64,000 nucleotides of DNA from Paracoccaceae bacterium. Lineage in GTDB: Bacteria; Pseudomonadota; Alphaproteobacteria; Rhodobacterales; Rhodobacteraceae. Where the stretch lies: the NCBI GenBank assembly GCA_024636555.1, contig JAGXGW010000025.1:1543-65542 (forward strand), in the 5' to 3' direction. A model generated the notes under the pieces. That model ran no database searches and was not told where the DNA came from. It saw only the letters and a program-made list of their open reading frames with translations. Shown here piece after piece: positions 57,625-64,000 of this stretch. The position numbers and the translations under genes are program-made. The stretch's first letter is position 1. Each line of letters opens with the position of its first letter.

Positions 57625-59385
57625 CTATTCGCGCGAGAGTCCCTCGGGTGTGTCATAGACACGGGCCACCGCATCGGGCCTGTGCCTTATCACGGCGCGG
57701 GCATTGATGGAGCCTTTGTCCGTCACCTCGCCACGGTCAAGGCTGGGCGGATCGCGCAGGATCAGCATGCGGGCGATGCGGGTCGAACTTCCCGTTGCAC
57801 CGGCTGCGAAACTGGCCTGCAGACGGGCGAGATCGTCTATGATGCCGGGACGCTCCATCACGCCCTCGGACGGAAACAGCAGCGCGACCAACGCCGGGCG
57901 GTCCTCTCCCAGAATGACAGCATCGCGGATCAGCCCGCCGAAATGATCGACCAGACGCGCGCGGAGCGCGCCCACGGCAACCCATGTGCCGGTCGCCAGC
58001 TTGAAATTCTCGGCGATGCGGCCATCGAAGAAGAACCCTTTGGTCAGGTCGTCAGGATCAGCCGGGCGCAGGGCATCGCCGAGGCAATAGAACCCCTCCT
58101 CGTCCAGCATCTGCGCGGAGGTTGCGGCATCACCCAGATAGCCGCGCGTGATCGAGGGGCTGTGCAGCCGCGCCTCCAGCTTGCCCTCGTTGGGCACCAG
58201 TTTCAGCGTGATCCCGCGCGAGGGCAGACCGACATTGCCCGGCGCATCCTGCGGCGTGGTGCACATCAGCGCGAAGGGTCCGGTCTCGGTCGCGCCCAGA
58301 CCCGTGGTCAGCAGCACGTCGCGCCCTGTGACCTGATGCGACATCGCGCTTAGCCCCTCCCAGATATGCTGGGCCATGCCGGCGCCTGCATACATCATCA
58401 TGTCGAGATTGCCGAAAAAGCGCGCGGCAAGGGCGGGATCGTCGCGGAACGCCTCGAGCAGCATCTCGTAGCCTGCGGGGACGTTGAAATACCATGTCGG
58501 GGAAACATCGCGCAGATTGTCCAGTGTGCGCCCGATCAGCGCCGGCGACGGCTTTCCCTCGTCGATATGGTAGGTGCCGCCGTGGCAGAGCACCATGTGA
58601 AACACCTTGTTGCCGCTGGCGGTGTGGCTCCACGGGGCCCAATCCACGACCACGGGAGGGCGATCAGCCAGAAAGGCGAAGCAATCGGCCACCATGTCCT
58701 GATTGCGCGCCAGCATGTCATGGGTGTTGATCACCGCCTTGGGGCTTCCTGTCGAGCCGCTGGTGAAGAGATATTTCGCCACCATATCGCCACGCAGGGC
58801 CGCAAAGGCGGCATCGGCGGGGGCTGGATCGGGCGCGGACAGCGAGGCAAACGTAGCCGCCCCCGCAGGCATGTTGACCGAGCAGACCTTGGGGATATCA
58901 TCGCCCAAAGCCGCCAGCGCGCGGCCATAACGCGCGCCATCGGACGCATAGACCAGACCGGGGCGCAGCAGGGTGACCGCATCGCGCAGCTTGTCGAAAC
59001 TGTCCGAAACAAGAGAGAACGCGGTGGACAGCGCCGCCGTCGGTACGCCCGCATATTGCCCGGCCAGCGCCAGCACCGCGTGATCCAGTGCATTCTCGGA
59101 CAGGATCAGAACGGGACGGTCCTGCCCCAGACCGCGCGCCAGAAGTCCTGCCCCCAGATGGCGCATCGCCTGCCACAGTTCGCCGTAGCTGATGCGCTGC
59201 CATGCCCCGTCGGCGCCACGCTGGGCGAGGGCCGTGCGGTCAGGAGCAGTCTGCGCCCAATGGCCGATCCGCGCCACCACAGTTTCCGCCAGTCGCGGGG
59301 CCGTGCCCTCGTGGCGCATCAGGATCGTGCCATCCTCGCGCCGCGTGATGCTGATTTGCGGTGTCCAGAAGCGCGGTTGCGTCAT
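57625..59385 (-). CDS. fcs: Feruloyl-CoA synthetase-type acyl-CoA ligase
   Basis: FTSGSTGSPKAV AMP-binding loop, DWAPWSHT.SGN, YFNVP.G, GATET, FDGRIAENFKL.TGTWV and EVTDKGSIN motifs typical of the Fcs subfamily; GGAGGGG RBS before MTQP. Confidence 0.85.
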   Translation of the reverse strand: MTQPRFWTPQISITRREDGTILMRHEGTAPRLAETVVARIGHWAQTAPDRTALAQRGADGAWQRISYGELWQAMRHLGAGLLARGLGQDRPVLILSENALDHAVLALAGQYAGVPTAALSTAFSLVSDSFDKLRDAVTLLRPGLVYASDGARYGRALAALGDDIPKVCSVNMPAGAATFASLSAPDPAPADAAFAALRGDMVAKYLFTSGSTGSPKAVINTHDMLARNQDMVADCFAFLADRPPVVVDWAPWSHTASGNKVFHMVLCHGGTYHIDEGKPSPALIGRTLDNLRDVSPTWYFNVPAGYEMLLEAFRDDPALAARFFGNLDMMMYAGAGMAQHIWEGLSAMSHQVTGRDVLLTTGLGATETGPFALMCTTPQDAPGNVGLPSRGITLKLVPNEGKLEARLHSPSITRGYLGDAATSAQMLDEEGFYCLGDALRPADPDDLTKGFFFDGRIAENFKLATGTWVAVGALRARLVDHFGGLIRDAVILGEDRPALVALLFPSEGVMERPGIIDDLARLQASFAAGATGSSTRIARMLILRDPPSLDRGEVTDKGSINARAVIRHRPDAVARVYDTPEGLSRE

Positions 59386-59445
59386 ATGATTCCCCTCCCA
59401 AGGATCAACGGCCTGCATCCCGCTGGACTTGGCCCCTCCAATTTA

Positions 59446-59460
59446 GTTATGACATATAGC
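59446..59460. promoter_or_regulatory. Candidate CouR/FerR-type MarR operator between divergent fcs and DUF3237
   Basis: GTTATG-ACA-TATAGC imperfect palindrome in an AT-rich spacer. Confidence 0.6.
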
Positions 59461-59504
59461 AATATCTCACCCCACTCAATCACAAACACGTCGCGGAGAG
59501 ACCC

Positions 59505-59990
59505 ATGACCAAGGCCGTATCATCGCCCACCCTGCCCCATCCCAAGCTGCGCCACGTCTGCGATCTGTTCGTCTCGCTGGATCCGATCCGCGAGATGGGC
59601 AGCGGGCAGGCAGGCCAGCGGCGGATCATTCCCATCGTCGGCGGCACCGTGACCGGACCGGCGCTGCATGGCCGCATCCTTGACCTTGGCGCGGACTGGC
59701 AGACGATCTGGGCCAGTGGCGTTGCCGAACTGGATACGCGCTATGCGATCGAGACAACAGACGGCGCGACGATCGAGATTCGCAACTACGGTTATCGCCA
59801 TGGCCCTGCCGAGGTGCTGGCGGCCATCGCGCGCGGTGAGGAGGTTGCGGCTGACAGCTATTACATGCGCACCCATGCGCGGCTGGAGACCGGCGATCCG
59901 CGCTATGACTGGGTGAACCGGACGCTCTTTGTCGGCACCGGCGCACGGCGGGCCGGGCAGGTCGTCATCTCGCTGTTCGCGCTGGAATAA
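59505..59990 (+). CDS. DUF3237 (UPF0311) beta-barrel protein
   Basis: RRIIPIVGG, GADWQ, LDTRY..ETTDGA, YYMRT and YDWVNR..FVG motifs. Confidence 0.88.
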   Translation: MTKAVSSPTLPHPKLRHVCDLFVSLDPIREMGSGQAGQRRIIPIVGGTVTGPALHGRILDLGADWQTIWASGVAELDTRYAIETTDGATIEIRNYGYRHGPAEVLAAIARGEEVAADSYYMRTHARLETGDPRYDWVNRTLFVGTGARRAGQVVISLFALE

Positions 59991-60049
59991 TCGCATATCC
60001 CGCAAGACGGCATCTGGACCTTTGTGCAGGGCTGGCAGACAGTCCCCGC

Positions 60050-60784
60050 ATGGATATCACGCTTGTCATCATCGCATTTGCCCTTGGCGGCATTCTCAAA
60101 GGTGCCACGGGGGCAGGTGCGCCGGTGATTGCCGTGCCGGTGATGACGCTCTTTTTCGGCGCGCCTTTCGCGGTGGCGGTGTTCTCTATCCCCAATCTGG
60201 TGCCGAATGTCTGGCAGGGCTGGGCCTACCGCGCCCATGTGGTCAAAGGCCCGCTGATGCTGCGCTTTGCGGTGGCTGGCGCGCTGGGGGCGGGTTTGGG
60301 CAGCTTCATGCTGGCATGGTTGCCGACCGAGGCACTGACGCTGACCGTGGCGATGTCGGTGCTGGCCTACGTGGGCTTTCGCGTGGCACGCCCCGGCTGG
60401 ACTCTGGCGCTGCACCGTGCGGAAAAGCTGGCGGCCCCCTTGGGTGTGCTGGGTGGCATATTGCAGGGCGCGGCGGGCCTGTCCGCGCCGATCTCCCTGA
60501 GCTTTCTGAATGCGATCAGGCTCGAGCGGGGACAGTTCATCGTCACCATCTCGGTCTTTTTCTTCGCGATGGCGCTGGTGCAGATCCCGATGCTCACCGC
60601 GCTGGGTATCCTCACTGCCGAGCGGTTTTTGCTGAGTTGTCTGGCCCTGATCCCGCTGATGGCGGCGATGCCTTTGGGCGCATGGCTGGCGCGGCGCATT
60701 TCGGCGCAGATGTTCGACCGGGTGATTCTCGTGCTGCTGTTCATGCTGTCGCTGCGGCTGATCTGGCAGGCTGTGTTCGGCTGA
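60050..60784 (+). CDS. TSUP (TauE/SafE) family exporter
   Basis: GGILKGATGAG and GGILQGAAG repeats; about 8 TM segments. Confidence 0.85.
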   Translation: MDITLVIIAFALGGILKGATGAGAPVIAVPVMTLFFGAPFAVAVFSIPNLVPNVWQGWAYRAHVVKGPLMLRFAVAGALGAGLGSFMLAWLPTEALTLTVAMSVLAYVGFRVARPGWTLALHRAEKLAAPLGVLGGILQGAAGLSAPISLSFLNAIRLERGQFIVTISVFFFAMALVQIPMLTALGILTAERFLLSCLALIPLMAAMPLGAWLARRISAQMFDRVILVLLFMLSLRLIWQAVFG

Positions 60785-60905
60785 TCCGCCCCGCTCGCGC
60801 GCAGTTGTCTTGATCGAATCCCGCCAATCTGCGATGGGCTGTCAAAACCAAGCGGGGCAGAACCCTGCATCCCGCGGCAGCCGCATCTTTACAGGACCAT
60901 CCGAC

Positions 60906-61532
60906 ATGAAATATCTGGCTTTTCTTGCCACAGTGGCAGGCGTGATGACATTGGCAGGCACAGCGATGGCCGCGCCCACCCAATGCACCACCAAGATCGA
61001 GGGTGAGGAGGTCACCATCTTTTACGATGATGCCGAACCCACATATTCGTCGTTCCGCGAGCGCTATTTCACGCGCAGCCGCACCTGTCCCGGTGCCGTG
61101 GTCATCACCTATCTGATGCCGAACCTGACCGCGCAGGAGCGTCAGGTATTCTGCGCCAATTACGATCCCAAGACGCGCAGCCATTCCCTGCCCGCGCAGG
61201 GCAGCCGCGATGCCTTCGGCCGTTGCGAGACGCCGTCCAGGACCTGCAAGATCGTCAACACCACCCGTGACAGCGCGCTATCGCTGGTCGGGATCGGCGA
61301 AAAGGCCGAAGAAGGCACGCTGACCGGGCGTCTCTCCTCTACCCTGTCGGCGGCCACGCACAGTTCGGGCGCGATGGTCCTGTCAGGCAATGCGGGCAGC
61401 ATCACAAGCCTGCTGTCCTCGGCGGGGGCCACTGTGGGCACGGCGCTGAGCGCGCCCGCGGTTCTGGCGGGGGCGGCGGCAAGTGTGGTGGTGATCGGCG
61501 GCGCGGTCTATCTGTGCAGCGACGACGACTAA
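60906..61532 (+). CDS. Hypothetical exported protein, 6 Cys, C-terminal hydrophobic segment
   Basis: AGGA RBS, Sec signal ending AMA-A, GC-rich third positions; fills the gap between TSUP and the convergent gene. Confidence 0.75.
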   Translation: MKYLAFLATVAGVMTLAGTAMAAPTQCTTKIEGEEVTIFYDDAEPTYSSFRERYFTRSRTCPGAVVITYLMPNLTAQERQVFCANYDPKTRSHSLPAQGSRDAFGRCETPSRTCKIVNTTRDSALSLVGIGEKAEEGTLTGRLSSTLSAATHSSGAMVLSGNAGSITSLLSSAGATVGTALSAPAVLAGAAASVVVIGGAVYLCSDDD

Positions 61533-61539
61533 GGCCGCA

Positions 61540-62109
61540 TCAAGGGGCAAGCCACTGGCCGGCCCAACCATCCGCGCGCGTGAATGCGGCGCGGCGGTGC
61601 TGCGGGCCAAGATGCACCACATCCATCGCCTGCACCATGCAGCGCAGCACGGCAAAGCTCGCCGGATCGCCGGGTTTGTCATAGGCAAGTGCGTCGGCAA
61701 TCGGCTGGCCGGGTGCGGGGGTTGTGCCGTAGCTCTGGCGCGAGGGGTCGGGCACCCTTGCCCAGATCTGCGCCACGGCATCACCTGACAGGATCGTCAC
61801 GGTCACACCCAGCCGGATTTGCAGATGCGCCGAGGCCTCCCAGATATGCAGCGCGGCGCGGGGATTGGCCCGCAGCGCGGCAACTTTGGCAGACTGCAGA
61901 TCGGTATGGACCTCCACCACCGCATCAGCCCTGTCGGCACCCCGCAGCACGACCGTGCGCGCCTCCGGCCAGCCGTCTGGCGAGACGGTCGCGAAGGTTG
62001 GATGCCGCGCGGGCGCGTGGCGATCCCCGACACCGCGCACCAGCCGCTGCCAGACCTGCGTATAAAGCCCGTCAAGGCTGGCCGCCCATGGATGCGGATC
62101 AGTCGTCAT
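61540..62109 (-). CDS. Pyridoxamine 5'-phosphate oxidase-like FMN-binding protein
   Basis: ATV..DG.PEARTVVLR, HTD..SAK, QIRL and C-terminal WLAP motifs. Confidence 0.85.
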   Translation of the reverse strand: MTTDPHPWAASLDGLYTQVWQRLVRGVGDRHAPARHPTFATVSPDGWPEARTVVLRGADRADAVVEVHTDLQSAKVAALRANPRAALHIWEASAHLQIRLGVTVTILSGDAVAQIWARVPDPSRQSYGTTPAPGQPIADALAYDKPGDPASFAVLRCMVQAMDVVHLGPQHRRAAFTRADGWAGQWLAP

Positions 62110-63148
62110 AGCCTGTCATCTCCAGATATCCGACACCGTTATGAGAGCCTGTCACCGTGACCGGCCCCTCCCAGTAAGGCACCGAGGTTGCCATCCACGC
62201 ATCGGGGTTGAGCGCAGTCACCGTCGCGTCCAGCCCGCGCTCCGGCAGGGTCACCTGCCATGTCACGGGCACGTCGCGTCCAGCGACGCGGTGCCAGCCC
62301 AGCGGCACAGCCCCGAAGGCCCCGTCGGGCAAGGCGGTCGCCTGTCCGTCAGCGGTGATCCATGTGCCTGCGGTAAAATCGGTTGTCCCGCGCAGGACAA
62401 AGCCCATCAGCTTGTCACCACTGTCGAACGAGAGCGAGAACCAGTCCCATCCGGTCTGATACTCGGCCAAGGGCTGGGAGGACCATTCGCGGTCAAGCCA
62501 TGCCTGCCCCCTCACCGACACCTCGCCGTCAGGCAGGGTCAGGGTGCCGGACAGATCAAAGAAGGGTTGCGAATAGTAGTAGCTCGCCTGCCCTGCCCCC
62601 GATTTGACCGAATATCCATCCGCGCCGTGGCGCACCAGTGGGCCGGTTGCAGTCAGTTGCACGTCATAGGCAAAATCCGCGCCCGAGGCCGTGAGGCGCA
62701 TGGTGTCGAAATCCGGCCCCTGCATCGCCCAGTCGTCGATCCATGCCGAGAACGGATCGGCCAGCACACCCGCCTGCCCGATCCCGCCGCGTGCCAGCCG
62801 TTCGGCGACGAAATGCGCCTGCGGCGTGGTGACAGCAGCATGGCCCATCCAGAGCTGCGGCGTCTCCCAGCCCTCCCCGTCATGCGGCGCAAGGGCCGAG
62901 CGGAACAGCGTCCATTGCAGCCCGTAGGGTGTGCCGCTGTCGTCGGTCATATTGGCGGTCAGATACCACCATTCGATGCGGTATGCGGGATGCGCGCCAT
63001 GATCGGCGGGAAATTCCAGCACCCGCCCCGGCACCGGCGTCGCGAAATCTCCGGCATCCGTGCCAAGCCCGGCAAAGCCCTGCGCGGCGGCTTGCAACGG
63101 CAGGAACAGCAGCAGGATCAGGGCCTTCACGTTTATACTAGCGTTCAT
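62099..63148 (-). CDS. AttH/CrtC-like double lipocalin-barrel exported protein
   Basis: Signal peptide; FPADHGAHP..EWWY, GLQWTLFR, SYYYSQP, AWLDREWS, GWDWF and YWEGP...GYLEMTGY motifs. Confidence 0.88.
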   Translation of the reverse strand: MNASINVKALILLLFLPLQAAAQGFAGLGTDAGDFATPVPGRVLEFPADHGAHPAYRIEWWYLTANMTDDSGTPYGLQWTLFRSALAPHDGEGWETPQLWMGHAAVTTPQAHFVAERLARGGIGQAGVLADPFSAWIDDWAMQGPDFDTMRLTASGADFAYDVQLTATGPLVRHGADGYSVKSGAGQASYYYSQPFFDLSGTLTLPDGEVSVRGQAWLDREWSSQPLAEYQTGWDWFSLSFDSGDKLMGFVLRGTTDFTAGTWITADGQATALPDGAFGAVPLGWHRVAGRDVPVTWQVTLPERGLDATVTALNPDAWMATSVPYWEGPVTVTGSHNGVGYLEMTGYDD

Positions 63149-64000
63149 GGCGGAAAACTCCCAGAAGCTGCGCGGGCGGGGTGCGCGACAGCCGCCATGC
63201 GGGCCAGAGCGCGGCCAGAGCCGCCGCCAGCAGGGCCAGCACGGCAAGGCGCAGATAATCCAGCGGGAACAGATACATCGGCAGGCGCCAGCCGAACGCC
63301 TCGACATTCACCACCGCCAGCAGCGCCCACGCCAGCGCAAGCCCCAAGGGCAACGCGAGTGCGCCGGTCAGGGCCGCCAGCACCACGGCGCGGACCAGAT
63401 CAAGCGCCGCCAGCCTGCGCCGCGTCAGGCCCAGCGCCCAGACGGGTGCCAGTTGCGGCAGGCGCATCACGGCCAGTGTCAGCAGGCTCATCAGGATGGC
63501 GAACCCCGCCACGGCCAAGGTCAACACATTGAGCGCGGTGGTTACGGTAAAGGTCCGCTCGAAAACGGACAGCGACATCGCCTTGATCGCGGCCTGATCG
63601 ACCATCATGCCATCGGCCACGCCCGCCTCGTCGCGCAGGGTCGCGCGCAGATCATCGACCCGCGCGGGATCGGTCCGCAGACCGAAACGCAGCGCTGTCA
63701 CCTCGGGGAAAGCGCTGCGGAACAGGGCCTCGGTCACGATAACCTGCCCGATGGGATTGCCGTAATCGCCGTAAATGCCCAGCACCGGCAGGCTTTGATC
63801 GGGGCTGACAGTCACCTGCGTCCCCAGATCCAGCGCGGCGCGGCGGTAGAGCTGTTCATTGATCAGCACGCCCTCGCCACGCGCCAACCTGTCCCAGACA
63901 TCGGGCACGGCGCGCAGGAACTGCCAGTTCTCGCGGTAGGTGGCGTGATCGCGGGCCGCATAGACCTGCGCGGGCTGGCCGGAGACCTGACGATCCACCG
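63138..64000 (-). CDS. FtsX-like ABC permease, C-terminal part (AttF/G-like; truncated by window edge)
   Basis: INEQL, YGDYGNP.G, FERTF.VT.AL, and VN.EAFGW.L followed by terminal TM segments. Confidence 0.85.
   Translation of the reverse strand, partial: VDRQVSGQPAQVYAARDHATYRENWQFLRAVPDVWDRLARGEGVLINEQLYRRAALDLGTQVTVSPDQSLPVLGIYGDYGNPIGQVIVTEALFRSAFPEVTALRFGLRTDPARVDDLRATLRDEAGVADGMMVDQAAIKAMSLSVFERTFTVTTALNVLTLAVAGFAILMSLLTLAVMRLPQLAPVWALGLTRRRLAALDLVRAVVLAALTGALALPLGLALAWALLAVVNVEAFGWRLPMYLFPLDYLRLAVLALLAAALAALWPAWRLSRTPPAQLLGVFRHER

Noticed and set aside
62099-63148. Carotenoid 1,2-hydratase crtC
   Set aside because: Has a signal peptide, sits in an ABC operon and has no crt or photosynthesis genes nearby; AttH-like instead.

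Overview
GC-rich, gene-dense chromosomal window from an alphaproteobacterium; gene content and order point to Rhodobacteraceae/roseobacter-type. Left end (1-13.3 kb): housekeeping run SPOR lipoprotein-dacA-tmk-holB-tatD-MBL hydrolase-AEC transporter-HAD hydrolase, then tamAB. 13.3-27.1 kb: C-P lyase phosphonate cluster (phnCDEE, hexapeptide acetyltransferase, two phnM paralogues, phnF, phnGHIJKLN, DUF1045) with several Pho-box-like sites. 27.2-32 kb: YhaO/YhaN (Mre11/Rad50-like) nuclease-ATPase pair. 32-38.5 kb: TRAP transporter, HpxW-like Ntn amidohydrolase, TSUP exporter and GntR, linked by a shared palindrome. 38.7-44.8 kb: THUMP methyltransferase, PhyH dioxygenase, TetA-like MFS, Zn-ADH, atypical enolase-superfamily enzyme, SqrR-like ArsR. 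44.8-54.1 kb: amidohydrolase-CobW / LysR / peptide-type ABC module. 54.1-60.8 kb: probable hydroxycinnamate/methoxy-aromatic locus (LysR, CYP104/CYP255-like P450, orphan TRAP receptor, feruloyl-CoA synthetase, DUF3237, TSUP) with a shared 15-bp operator. Right end: Cys-rich exported hypothetical and an ABC permease-AttH/lipocalin-FMN protein operon. A short intergenic repeat (core about GCTTCTTCTTGSCYSAAATATCC, with GC hairpins in two copies) occurs 3 times clearly and twice in degenerate form. I saw no rRNA, tRNA, CRISPR array, transposase or prophage gene. Family assignments come from motifs and recalled sequences; no database search was run.
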